Of a stretch of DNA of 64,000 nt, positions 36,213-49,000 are shown piece after piece; within the stretch, counting starts at the first letter, position 1, and every line of letters begins with the position of its first letter. The position numbers and the translations under genes are program-made. This DNA comes from Lama guanicoe (taxonomy: Eukaryota), in assembly GCA_013239625.1 (NCBI GenBank), contig MU053994.1, positions 4,445,434 through 4,509,433 on the forward strand, in the 5' to 3' direction. A model generated the notes under the pieces. It was not told the DNA's origin, made no database searches, and saw only the letters and a list, made by a program, of their open reading frames with translations.

Positions 36213-37404
36213 GGAGGAAAAGGGAAGAAAGCATATAAAATCTCTTTAAAAATGGCTACTTAATGTCAGAACAGAACAGCAAATTGAAATACACAGTTGA
36301 AATGAGTATACTGTTTACCTCAAGGACCAGTTGCATAAGATGAAGGCAAAAACCAGCGAGGAGAATCACTATATACAGAGAAACACTGAACTGTGGATTT
36401 CACAGATCCAGGGGAAAAAAAGTAACAAAACAGAGGAACTCTTGCTGCATAAAATTGAGAGTGTAAGGTTGAAAACTGAAGAAGAGAAGCAGATTCATAC
36501 AGAGATTGAAACATTCATTAGAAAGGAGATGCAGAAACTTGAGGAGAAACTAGAATTCTGAAAGGAGAAATCTGATAAGGACACAGAAATGAAGCAGAAG
36601 GGACTGAATGCTCTCAAGGCTGCAATGGCCAGTGACTTAGCACATCTTTAAGACCTTACAAAGATGCTAGGGGAGTTTGAACAGATCACTACTGAAGATC
36701 ATACAGAAAAGGAGACTGGGAAGAAGACAGAACAGGATGGTGTGGAATTAAGCAGCATCATAAAGCTCCAGGCTTGGTGGCAAGGCACTGTGATACAGAA
36801 TAAAATGGGTGCTTTCAAAATAACCAAGAAGACAAACATGATAGCAAGGAGTCAAAAGGCAAGAACCAGGACAAGCAGAGAGGTAAGAAAAAGTAACCAA
36901 GTTACTTCTATCTTTTCCCCTGGTATTCTGGGTATGGAAAGGAAGACCAGAAGGGAGCAAGATAACTCATTGATGTGTTTTCCCATCAAAGATAACTTCA
37001 TTTATAGGTTGTTTCTCATTTGAACATTCTCAGATGAGGAATTTCACTTTTCCTGTTATATTAGTTTTCAAACCCTGAATTATGATTATTTGAGTTAGAG
37101 CTTCTTCATATTGGGAAACAATTTGGCTGAGCAGAAGTGTTTCTAGAAGACTTGTGAAGATTTCTCTCCCTCTTTCACACCAGAAAAAAAACAGTTCATG
37201 GGGTTAGTTACAATCATGCATTAAAACTCCAGTGATTCCTATAATGTCTCTGATTCTGGTTTCACTCAATTTGTCTATAGTGAAAGAACTCTTAGGAGCA
37301 AAATGAAGTGTTCAGTAGGAATTACAAGATGATGTTTATAAAATATCTAGCATAATATACACACAGTAAAGTTTTAATCAATGTTAGTTTGAAAAAGGAA
37401 AAAC
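36213..37404 (+). pseudogene. IQCG: Processed pseudogene of IQCG/DRC9: C-terminal coiled coil and IQ motif, 3' UTR, decayed A-tail
   Basis: Frame from 36214 reads [104 protein letters not shown]..; after a frameshift near 36825 it reads DKHDSKESKGKNQDKQRGKKK* (stop 36894-36896). This matches the recalled IQCG C-terminus with no introns. Stops at 36247, 36298, 36559 and 36649. Confidence 0.93.
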
Positions 37405-37544
37405 AAGATCTATAGAGTTTAAAGAATAACTATATATCAAGCATTTGTGTAAAAATAACAGGACATCTGAGTTCTATTATTTTTAACCACTCATGTTGAA
37501 AATAATAAAACAATGCCTATGTCTAAGAAGCCCACTGTAGCCTA

Positions 37545-37626
37545 TATACATACATATATATATACATATATGTATATGTGTGTGTATATATATATATATA
37601 TAAAATGAGAGAGAGAGAGAGAGAGA
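37545..37626. repeat. Compound (TA)n/(TG)n/(GA)n microsatellite
   Basis: Seen directly. Confidence 0.9.
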
Positions 37627-37846
37627 CTAGCTCTCTATGAATCTGTTAATTTGGTGGAGTACATAAATTGATTTTAATATTTTACCATCTCTGCACTCCT
37701 GGGAAACTGCTAATATAGCACAATGTAGCATCCTTTTCAATACAGCTGGATTGGGTTTAATATTTTGTCTAGCATATTTGCATCTATATTCATGAATGAG
37801 GTTTACCTTTAGTTATTTTCTCTTGTCTTTGAATGGCTTTGAATAC

Positions 37847-38394
37847 TGCAGAGGTAAAAATAATATACCCTATACCCTTCTAAGTTCTCAATTGGGAATT
37901 CTGTAACAAAAGACAGAGTAAGAAGAGAAATATCAACAGAATTTTATTAAAAGCTCTACTTCATGGATACATGGGACATTGCCAGGGAAAAATTAGTAAC
38001 TCTCAAAGAGATGGCTTAGAACTCAGGCTTAAATGCTATCTTCAAGTAAAGGCAGAAGAAACAAAAGTGGAGGGAGGGGAAGCAGGACAGCTATGGGGAG
38101 GTTATCAAAAAAAGCACAAAAAACAAAGGCAAGGTTTGTTATGCAGATTTAAGTCTATACGCCTTCTCCATTGATAAGAATTTCTTGTGATTTAGTCATC
38201 CTTCTCTTCCTGGTGCAGGGAGTGAGACCCTTACAAATGGAGACATCTTATGAATGCAAATATGCTTTACAAAAGAGTAAAGTCTACTGTTTTCAAAGCT
38301 TCTCCTATGTCTGCTGTACCTCAAAATAATCAGATCAAAATAATCTTTATGCCAAAGAGGCATATTTTGGGGTGGCATATTCAGCCACCCTTCA
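37847..38394 (-). mobile_element. MER34-like ERV1 solo LTR
   Basis: Minus strand starts TGAAGGGTGGCTGAATATGCCACCCCAAAATATGCC; TG..CA ends. Confidence 0.85.
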
Positions 38395-39744
38395 GTATCA
38401 AGGTTATGCTAGCCTCATAAAATAATTTGGAACATATTTTTTTCATCTGTTTAATTGAGAAAAGTTGGAGTAAGATGAAAATTATTTCTTTGTTGACTAT
38501 TTGCTACAACTTTCCAACAAAGACACTTGGACCTGGATTTTTCAAATTTGTGACCACTAATAATATTTCTTTAATGGTTTTTGGAGACTTCAGGTTTCTA
38601 GCTTTCTTGGAATGGGTTTTGGAAATTATGGTAGTAATTAATTAACAGTAATTAACAAATGGTCCAGTTCTCCTTCCATTCATCTGATAGAACTGCATTG
38701 AACCAGGAGGTTCTTTGAAATTATTTGTGGTCCTGTACGTTGCCTTGTCCAGTGAAATGTGAACAAAAGTGATGTATTGTTCAGTGAGCAGCATTTAATA
38801 ACAAGTACAAGACTCTAGTGCTTTTCTTCCCTCTGCTAAGCACCTGGCTTGGTCAGCTTGAGTCTCCGAGTGAATATGATGATGATCAGAGGGCACCATT
38901 TTTTTGTGTGTTAAACCACTGAGATTTTGGAGCTGCTTATAACTACAACATAACATCATAACCTAGCCCAATCTGACAGATTCTATGTTATATTTTCCTA
39001 GGAATACATACATTTTATCAAGATTTACCAATTTTGGTTGTAAAACTATTCATAAGATCCTCTTACTTTTTAGTGCCTATATACTAGAAAGTAATACTTC
39101 TTCATTTCAGTTATTATTTGTTTTTTTTCCCATTTTTTTCTCATGTGAAGTTTCTCAAAGTGACTAGTCATTTCAAAGAACCAACTTCTTGTATTGATCA
39201 TTTTTATTTCATGGTTGTTTTTCATATCATTTAATTTCTGCTCTTACCACTTCATTCCTACTTTCTTTAGGTTTACTTTGCTCCCTCTTTACTAACTTCT
39301 TCAGATTGTCGTTTAGATCTTTAATTTTCTGCCCTTCTTTTCTATTTTAGGGCTACAGTTTTTTTCTTCTAAGTACTGATTTATCTGCATCACAGAAGGT
39401 TTTGTGGATCAGGGTTTTACCATGACTTAATTCAAAATATGTTCTCATTTCCATGATAATTCCTTCTTTATTTAGATGTGTATCTAATAAATGATGTTTG
39501 CATTATTTTTATTCTGCTTTATAATCTGTCTTTTAATGAAAGCATTTATTCCATTTACTTTTATTACAATTACTGAGAAACCTGGGTTTGATTTTGTGCT
39601 ATCTGTTCATCCCATCATTTTGGCTTTCTTTGGATTGATTCATTTTTATCAATTCATTTTTTAAAACCGTGATTAGTTTTCAAATCATATGTTTCTCTTC
39701 TTTATTAGTTACATTAAAAATTTCAGTATGCATACTTAACAGTG

Positions 39745-39848
39745 AAAAAGAATATATATATATATGAAACTGAATCACTATGCTGTACATCAGAAACTAA
39801 TACAGCATTGTAAATCAACTATACTTCCCTTTAAAAAGGTTAAAAAAT
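39745..39848 (+). mobile_element. Short L1 3' end
   Basis: ACTGAATCACTATGCTGTACATCAGAAACTAATACAGCATTGTAAATCAACTATACTTC + A-rich tail. Confidence 0.8.
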
Positions 39849-42049
39849 ATTTTACCTGGCAACAATTTTACACTTAATTGGCAAAAAAATTTTAAATCTA
39901 ATAATACCAAGAATCAGAGGGGACTCAGCTTATACGTGTTGCTGGTGCAATCAGTGAAACCACTTTGGAAAGCAGCTTGCTATTATCTGTTAAAGTTGAA
40001 CATTCACTGAGTCCCAGTGATTCATTTCTAGATTAAAAAAAATATAAAGAATGAAGATGTGTAGCACCCCAATTATCCATCTGTAGGCCCCAAGGAAACC
40101 CCTCAGAGTCCAGCTTGAAAACCATTGAACTGGATGATCTTTAATAGTGATTTTAATATTGGCTGATAGGACCTTGATCGAAGCTGTATTTTGTTTTCTA
40201 AAAGCTTTAGTATTATCAACATACAATAAACTGCACATATTTAAAGTGTAAAAAATTTCAAGATGCATACTTAACATAAAGTCTGAAGCTAGTCAATACA
40301 TTTATCTTCCTCTATTTATACCCCTCTCCTGATTTACATATTGTTTCTTTGTATTTTAATTCTACCTTTCTTAAAATTCCAATTGACCTTACTATTACTG
40401 CCTTATACATACAGTCAAGGTTTATTCATGTTTCTTCACTTTGTTTGCTCTTTATTCCTTCTTGTATCTCAGACCCTCCATCTGGAAAAATTGTCCCTCA
40501 GCCTGAAGTATATCTTTTAGAATTTCCTTTAAAAAGATGCTATTAGTGGGAAACTATCTTTTAGTCTTAAGAGATTTCTTTACACTTCCCACACTCCTGA
40601 AATATATTTCACTTGGTGTAGAATACTAGGCTGGTTAATTATTTTATTTCATTATGTTGGTACTCTTATTTCTTCATCTTTGGCTTGTGAAGGTCTGATC
40701 TTAAGAAGTCACTAATAGATTAACTGCCATTCCTTTGAAGATGATCTATGTCCTCATCAACTCCTCTTCTCACTCCAGTTGTTTTTAAGACTTTTGTCTT
40801 TGTTATTTTATAGAGTCACAATGCTCTAAATGTGTGTTTCTTTCTGTATATCATATTTGTAATTTGGTGGGTTCTTTCTTCTGTGGATTACTGAATTTAA
40901 ATCATTCTGGAAAACTGTCACTATCTCTTTAAGTATGAACTTTGCCTTATTCATTATCTCTCCTCTACTTTTTGAACTCTGATGAGAAATTCTTCTTAAT
41001 TTGTCTTTTTATGTCACTAATCTCTATTTTATTATCCATTTCTTTCCTCTTTGTGCTTCATTCTGAAATGTCTTCTGACTTATACATCATTTCACTAATT
41101 CTACCTTCATCTGTGTTTAATTAGCTAATAAATCCATCCATTTAATTTTAAATTCAATTATTATATTTTCATTAAATATACTTGGCCATTTTGTATAGGT
41201 TTCTGTACCCTGCAAATTATTTTAAGCTGATCTTTTATTAAACATTTCCTATATAATATTTTAAAACCTGCTTTTGATAATTCCAGTATCTGAATTCTGG
41301 GGGAGTACATACATTTCTATGGTCTGTTTCTTTCCTACTGATTCTTATTCCTTGTGATGTGTTTCTTTGTGTACTTGCCTATTATCTATTTATTTATTTA
41401 TTTACTACAAGCTGCTCACTGTTCGGAGAATTATTTACATTAGCTCTTTGATGTCTAGCATGAATATGATTCATACAGAAAGGAGCAGCATCTACTTCCA
41501 CTCAAAATATGGGAGCATTACTAGTTATCAACCACTTTAATGTAAATTCTTCAAGCTTTTCTGACCACCTAGATGATGTGGGTTGCAAATCATAAAAGCT
41601 CTGACCCTGGTTTTCTGTCTTATATTTGGCTTGACAATTTCCTAACTGTCAGCTATGTAATACTTCTAAGGATTTTAAACTTTACTTAGATTTTTAAATT
41701 GTTTTTAGCGGGAGAGTGAGTCTGAATTCTTGGCTTGACCCCCTGTTTATACTCAGGTTGTTTTTGCCCAAGAATCCTGAGTATTTTTATGATGATTCCA
41801 TCTGACAATATTTCTACATAAAGTATAATTTGGAAGCTTTTTTCTTCTTCCTACTATTTGGGGGATAGGAGGGTGGTTATGTATTTGGCTAATGATCTGT
41901 TTGTTAATAATAGCGATATATTTATACCACATTTGTCCCAGAGAAACACGGTTCTGTTGATTATTTTCATGCTGATAAAAGTTATTAAAATGGAACATTT
42001 CACATTAGCATTATATGTACTTTTCAATTTAAGATTGTGGAAATGGGTC

Positions 42050-42572
42050 TGGTAGGGCTCAGGAATTCTATTCCAAAACACGGCACCTTGGCATATTGAA
42101 TATATTAAGCTGAAGGATGTTGAGAAAACAGCAGGAACAGGGAAGTCACTGTGACCTCCTCTCCCCCCTTCACCCTTCTTCCCTAAAACAGGTCATAAAA
42201 CACTCATATGAGAGGTCCCCTCCCTATACCCAGAGGAAAGGAGCATCCTTATCTACAAAGACAAAGGGACCGTTAGAAGAATGTGAACAAACAGGCTTTG
42301 CTAACTTTCCCTCAGTTTACTACACCTATCTCATGTTCTCTGACCTATCTTGTTTCTACACAACTGTCCACTCTTCATCAAACCTAGCATAAAAATCCTC
42401 AGGTCTGTTTCTTTGGGTCTTTATTTCCTTATGAAGTAAGTCTCCTCTGTCATGTAAAACTTGTATTAAATAAACTTGTATGCTTTTCTCCTCATAGCCT
42501 GTCTTTGTCAGTCTAATTTTCAGACCAACCAGGGATACTAAGAGGCTTGAGGATAATTGTTTTCTCCCTAAG
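42050..42572 (+). mobile_element. MER39-like ERV1 solo LTR
   Basis: Collinear with 21101-21604; perfect 4-bp TSD GGTC at 42046-42049 and 42573-42576. Confidence 0.9.
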
Positions 42573-42579
42573 GGTCACA

Positions 42580-42690
42580 AGCATTTTAAGGGTAGGGACT
42601 AGATCTATTTTGCTGCTTGACTCCTTGCACATAACAGCTTCCACAGAGTGGTACTCAACAGATATTTGTTGAATGAGTAAATTAATGAAA
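42580..42690 (+). mobile_element. L2 3' end
   Basis: GGTACTCAACAGATATTTGTTGAATGAGTAAATTAATGAA. Confidence 0.65.
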
Positions 42691-43342
42691 TTGGTAAAGA
42701 ATTCCATTATGCATTCTCTGCTACCTCTATCGGCTATCATTAAGGGTTTTCTGTTTCTTATGTGGAGATAAAACTAAAAAAGAACTCTGTCTAAAAAATT
42801 ATACTGTCTTCTAATAGAATCTAAGAGTTGTTTGGGGCTAAAGGATAAGGGAAGCAGTTAAAAGCCCTCAGGAGAGCAGAGTAAAGAATAGAGGCATTGT
42901 AGGTGTTCTTTGAAATTCTGATTAGCCAGAGAACTCCTGCAAGGAGATTTGGTTGCTGAAAGTGGGGTTCCAGGTCCCTACCTCCCTTTGAATAGGAAGA
43001 TATACGTGAAAAGCATATATTAAGGAGGAGAAGCATAATCTTAGGAAATTTGATATACCAACATTCCTTCTGTGATGAGTTACTTAGACATATGATATTG
43101 CTACTATTTGTGCAAAATGCATTTATTCAGCAAATGAATAGCATTTTCCTTGTCTGCAAATATGTACAAGGATTAATTTTCCTTCCTGGGGCCCCACACA
43201 CCCAAGAGAAGGATGATTTCTGTCCATGAAAAACTCAAATTGGTGAGGTTTAGAGAAGGGAAAGATGCTCTGCTTGGGGGGTAAGTGCATGGGGGCAGTG
43301 GGTATAGGGTATATGGACATGTTGGTATACTAAGTTTTATAT

Positions 43343-43600
43343 TCTTTTTTTTTTTTTTGCTTTTTAAGAAAATTTTTTAACTTTTTTTAATTTTTAAAAT
43401 TTTATTGAAGTTACAATGTGTCAGTTTCTGGTGTACAACGTAATGTCTCAATCATGCATATATATTCTTTTTCATTATAGGTTATTGTAAGATACTGAAT
43501 ATAGTTCCCTGTGCTACACAGGAAAATTTTGTTTTTTATCCATTTTTATATATAGTGGTTAACCTTTGCAAATCTCAAACTTCCAAATTTATCCTTTCCA
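43343..43600 (-). mobile_element. Young L1 3' UTR fragment with T-tract
   Basis: TTCTGGTGTACA..AAGATACTGAATATAGTTCCCTGTGCTA..TGCAAATCTCAAACTTCC. Confidence 0.85.
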
Positions 43601-43803
43601 AGTTTGTACATGTTTCCTTCCTTGACTGTCCCTTTCAGACAACTCTGTTGTTTGCAAAAATATGCGGTTTATAAGCATGTATAAAAGTTCTATATCAAGC
43701 ATCCTGCAAGTTTCTAAGCAAACAAATTCAAAGATTTCTCTCTTCCTGAAGATATTTGTAGGGAAACAAGGAGGAGCTAGGATATCTCTGTTCAGTAGAA
43801 TAC

Positions 43804-43805
<2 letters not shown>

Positions 43806-43835
<30 letters not shown>
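43806..43835. repeat. Poly(A) mononucleotide tract (~30 nt)
   Basis: Seen directly. Confidence 0.95.
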
Positions 43836-43836
<1 letters not shown>

Positions 43837-44469
43837 CAAACAAATGATAGAGAACCTCTGGTTAAAATATTTACCCTCCTGACTGATGGACTGATGTAGA
43901 AAGTAAGGTAAAGAACTTCCCAGCAGATGTGAATCACATTTGTATCTATCAAAAAATTGCCCAAGCATTTTATTAGAGATGCTAATTATTTTCCAGACTT
44001 TTGAAATATATTATGTAAAAATATTATGTAAAAATACCAGGTTTGGTTCAATTTTTCTTTGCCATATCTTTCTTTTGACCCAAACAGTTTTTAAAGGTCT
44101 GATTTTGTTAGAAAGAAAGGTCTATCTAATTGTATTTTTGTGCTAAGTTTGTTAATTGAATTTTTTGCTTAGTCAACTATATCTTCCACTTAATGCAGAC
44201 AATAGGAATGGGAAATAGGCTCACTTAACACAATGTAGCCTTTTCAATGGACAAAATTAGGAAATGTGTGTAGATACACTAACCCATGTATATATACACA
44301 CAAATATCTTTCAGTATGTATCTATATGTATATAAGAATAAACATGAGTTCATATTGATGTCTCTGACTCTAATCCAGTACCACAAGGTTTATTCTAGTC
44401 TTTTCCCTTTGCTTGTTCATAATTTCTTTCTCCAACAGTGAGAAATTTGGCTCTCATTTTCTACTACAA

Positions 44470-44706
44470 TGGTCAACAAATGTTTACTCTAAAGGGCCAG
44501 GTAATAAATATATTAAGTTTTGTGAGCCATTGTCTCTGCCACAACTCCTCAGCTTTGAATTTCATATAACTTTTCATGTGTCATGAAGTATTATTTTTCC
44601 CTTGATTTTTTTTCAGCCATCTAAAAGTGCAAAAAAAAAGTTCTTTGTTTGTGGGCTGTACAAAAATCAGCTGTATTTGGCCCACAGACCCTAGCATGCT
44701 GACCTC
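44470..44706. mobile_element. MER58B-like hAT MITE
   Basis: TAAAGGGCCAGGTAATAAATAT..TTGAATTTCATATAACTTTTCATGTGTCATGAA..TTTGGCCCACAG. Confidence 0.75.
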
Positions 44707-45801
44707 TATTCTACAATATTCTACAAAATTTATTCAGTCACAGTTTTCATGTAAAGTAGTTTCAGAATTTCTAACTGAGATAAACAAATTTATCAATTAG
44801 AACATTGCTTATGAACAGTTCTTTTCACCTTTGTCTTTTTGAATGAAAATTCTATTTCCAAAGCTTTTACATCAGCTCTTGTCTTCCCCATTCCCTTCAC
44901 TGTGATAATGCCACTCTTTGAAATGCAGTCATTTTCACTTTTTACAGTCTGAATTTCAACCTGGGATTCTCCAACATCTTGGTTAATATTTTTTAAAATT
45001 TGCATATAGTAAAAATCACACTTTGTGATGTACAACTCTATGTGTTTTGACAAATGCATAGAGATGTATCTTCCAGCATGATACCATGTAGGAAAGTGTT
45101 ATTATCCCAAAATGTCTCTCTTGCTTTCCCTTAATAGTCAACCCCTTTCTCAACCTCCATCCAATGGAAACTATTAATCAGCAACCTCACGGTCAAACCC
45201 TCCCCAAATCCCCCAAACCCTGGCAACTGCTGATCTGTTTTGTTTTCTTATTGCTTTGCCTTTTTCTAAGTATCATTAATGGAATCATATAATATATAGC
45301 CTTTGGGTCAGTATTTTTCTTTATTTAGCCCAAGTACTTAAGATTATTATGTCCTCATGCAGAATTGACCCCTTTATCATTATATAATTCTATTCTTTGT
45401 CATTGTTAATATTATCTGCTGAGAAATCTACTTTATCTGATATTAATAAAGCCTTTTTGGCTTTCTTTTGACTAGTGTTATTGTATACTTTTTTTCTATC
45501 CTTTTACTTTTTTAACTTACTTGTGTTTTTATATTTGATGTGCATTTCTTCTAGGCAGCATATACTTGGGTCTTGTATTTTTATCCGATCAGCAATCTCT
45601 GCCTTTTAAACAAGTTATTAAGATTATTTACATTCAATGTGAATAATGATATGTAGATTTAAATCTGTCATCTTGCTATTTGATTTCTACTTGCCCCATC
45701 TGGTCTCTTTTCCCTTTTCAACTTTCTTTTGATTTAATTGATTTTCAGAAGAGTTATATTTTTTAATTCACTTTGCCAATTTCTCTCTGTTAACTGGTAT
45801 G

Positions 45802-46083
45802 TAGTCAGTTCTCTGTATCCAGGGGTTCTGCGTTTGTGGATTCAACCAATGGAAGATCAGAAATATTTTCTAAAATTCCAGGAAGTTCCAAAAAGCAACT
45901 ATTTACTTTTACATTGCACTAGATATTATAAGTAATCTAGAGATGATTTAAACTATGGGAGGATGTATGTAGGTTATATGCAAATACTATGCCATTTTAT
46001 ATAAGGAACCTGAGCAATCGTGGATCTCGGTATCTGTGGCGAGGTCCTGGAATTAATCACCTAAGAACACCGAGGGACAACTG
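45802..46083. mobile_element. MER2/Tigger3-derived MITE
   Basis: TTATAAGTAATCTAGAGATGATTTAAA..TAGGTTATATGCAAATACTATGCCATTTTATATAAGG..CCGAGGGACAACTG-TA. Confidence 0.85.
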
Positions 46084-49000
46084 TATTTAGACCATTAACA
46101 TGTAATGTAATTATTGATATATTGATGTATTAAGACTTAAGTTTGCTCTTTTATTTTTGTATTTGTTCTCTCTCTTTGCTTTGTGTAGATTACTACAACA
46201 TTTTTTAGAATTTCATTTTGACTTATCCACAATATTTTTGAGACTATCTCTTTGTCTAACTTTTTTAGTGGTTGCTTTAGGTATTACATTTTATATATAT
46301 ATATATAAATAGCAGTCTATTCGTGTCAACATTTTCAAGTGATGTGTTATTTACCCACATTTTTGCTCTTTCTGAGTTCTTTCTTCCTTCATAATGTTTC
46401 AAGATTCTTTCTTTTATCACTTCCTTTCTGTTTAGAAAACTTCCTTCAATTATTCTTTTAGGATTGGTCTGCTGGTGACAAATTCTCTTAGTTTTTCTTT
46501 AACTGAGAATGTCTTGATTTTCTCTTCATTCAGAAGGATATTTTCACTAGTTATAGGATTTGGGGCTGACAGTTTCTCAGCGTTTCCTTCAGCTTCTTGA
46601 ATCCATAGGTTTATGTCTTTTGCCTTAGGGAATTATTTGCTACTATTTCTTTGATTAGTTTTTCAACCTCCTCCCATTTCTCCTCTCCTCCTGGGATTTC
46701 AAGAATGTTGTATCACTTGCTATAGTCCCACTTGTCCCCTAGGATCTCCTTAAATTTTTTTCAGTCATTTTTCTCTCTGTTGTTCAGATTGTGTAATTTC
46801 TACTGTTCTTTTTTGGAATATACTGATTCTTTCCTCTGTCCCCTTCATTCTGCTGTTGAACTTCCCCATTGAGTTTTCTGTTATTAGATTTTTTTTTTAA
46901 TTTCTCTTTGGTTCCTCTTTATACCTTTTATTTCTTTGCTAAGACTTTCTGTTTTTTTTTTTTTGCCAAGGTCTTTTATCTTTTTTATTTTTTTTTAATG
47001 TGTTTGTGATTACTTATTAAAACATTTTTATGATGGCTGCTTTAATATTCTTGTCAGCTAATTCTAAAAGCTATGTTATTTCAATGTTGTATACGTTGGT
47101 TATCTTGTTCAGTTTGATATCTTGGTTCTTGGTATGACAAGTGATTTTCAATTGACACCTAGATAGTTGGGTGTTTTTTATCTTGTGTTTTAACAGGCAT
47201 CTTCTGAAACTGCTCAGATGAGCGAAGCAAAGTGCTATCATGTTACTGGAAGGTTCTCTTCTCGGCCTCTGTTCATACTTGGGAAGAAGGGTTCTTTTTA
47301 CTGCTGGGCACAGGTAGGTGTTCAGGCTTCCAACTTTGACTTCCCGGATAAACCACCATGGCTGGTAGGGGGAGGGGCACCTAATTACTGCTCACCACAT
47401 GGCCTCCACTGACACCATGGGGGATTTGCCTTATAACCACTAAGTAATGGTGAAAATTACGACTCTCCACTAGGCCTCCCCTGACATCATGCCAGTGGGA
47501 GGGGGAGGGGACGCCTAGTTACTTTAAGGTGGCAGTAGAGGTGCAGGCTTTTCACTTGGCTTCCAATGACACTGCAGGAGGTGGTGGCCTCTTTACCACT
47601 GAATGATTGTGAAAGTTCTGATTTTCCTCTGAGATCATCCCAAGAAGGAGAGGGAAGGATGCTTTGTTACCACCAGGTGGAGGCAGAACTCTAAGCTTTC
47701 TAAGTGGTTTTCTCTGATGTCATATGGTGGAGGCGTTAGGGAAGCTCATTACCACCCTATGGAGATAAGAGTGCTGGCTCCCCAGTTGGCCTTTTCTGAT
47801 AACCTCCCAGCAGGGGAGTTGGGATTTCTCATCATAGTCCAGAAACTGCTGTTTCATATATTTGGTCTGCTTTTGTTGTTCCTAACAGGAAGGTAAATCA
47901 GGTCCCTGGTTACTCCAATTTTCCTGGAAGCGTAAGTTCCTCTTTTCATAATTTTCTTCATATTAGTTTAAACAATATGCCAATTACTATAGGATTAAAA
48001 TATTATCAGGCAGATCTAGTCTAGTAAGTATTTAATCATGAATTTTACACTACAGGTTAAACCACAGTTTGAAATGATAGCCTATTAAATTGAAATTTAG
48101 ACATAGAGGAAAAAAAGGAAGAAAAGAGTTTCATTACATACCTATTAAAAGTAGATTATTAAGAACAATACTACATGTTCCAAGAAAATAATCACTATTA
48201 GATTTTTGTCGAAGGTTTTGCTCAATTCTACATAATTAAACTGTATTCTACTGATATTGTTCAACAGTCTAGTTTCATAAAGTCATCTATTTCTGGAAAA
48301 AATAGTCCTGGAAATTATGCATCTTAAGTTCCATATAGGCTGAGACTCTCAGATATCAGACTATAGTGATTACATTAGCATGTATTCATGAGTTTATTCC
48401 CTCAAACCTAACTGCATTGAAATAGTCAAGAGTCTCTGCTAAGGGCCTTTCTACCAAATCTCTTAGGTTATCTTTGATATTTTGTTCAGAAATATTTGTG
48501 AATCTACAAATTATGACTTTGGTTTCAAATAAACGTGAAGTGAGAGCAGAAATCCCTGACTGATGAGACCATCACTTTATTCCCAGAACTCTAGCAGAGC
48601 AAACAAGAGTGGGATCTCTTATTGGGGTATAGTTCTGATGAACGTACACCTCCTTGTAACATTTCACACCAACTCAGTTGATTATTATGAAGGTAAAAAT
48701 ATATTATGTTCAGTAGAGTAACTACTGAACCTAGGGCACTTTAGGATCTCTCCTGTAAAATGTGTGTCATAATCACTAACATCTGATAAGAATTTTTTAA
48801 ATCTGGAAATAAATTTTTTGAGAAGCATTGATCATGTTACCCGTTGCCTAGGAATAAAAGTGGAATTCTATGCTTATTAAAAGGATTAATCACTATTAAA
48901 AACATCTTTGTATTACAGCACTTGTCTTGTACAAAATTAAGCTGGGGGAGGTTGAGCTTCTTGTTTGATTTGACAGTTTTTCCAAACTTTGCATCCTAGT

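Larger units (their letters stand above)
37630..41750 (-). mobile_element. Very old fragmented L1 (L1ME/L1M-like) hosting later insertions
   Basis: T-rich with L1 motifs TTTGCATCTATATTCATGA, GTATCAAGGTTATGCTAGCCTCATAAAAT, TTTCAAAGAACCAACTT. Confidence 0.6.
44240..47935 (-). mobile_element. Old L1 (L1MC/MD-like) with internal deletions and a GC-richer 5' part, hosting MITEs
   Basis: 3' UTR motifs TGTGTTTTGACAAATGCATA and CCCTGGCAACTGCTGATCTG; ORF2 start region AATTGACCCCTTTATCATTAT; GC-richer 47200-47930. Confidence 0.7.

Noticed and set aside
36331..37023. ORFs 36331-36561 and 36664-37023 as functional IQCG exons or a retrogene
   Set aside because: They are pieces of one intronless frame broken by four stops and a frameshift.
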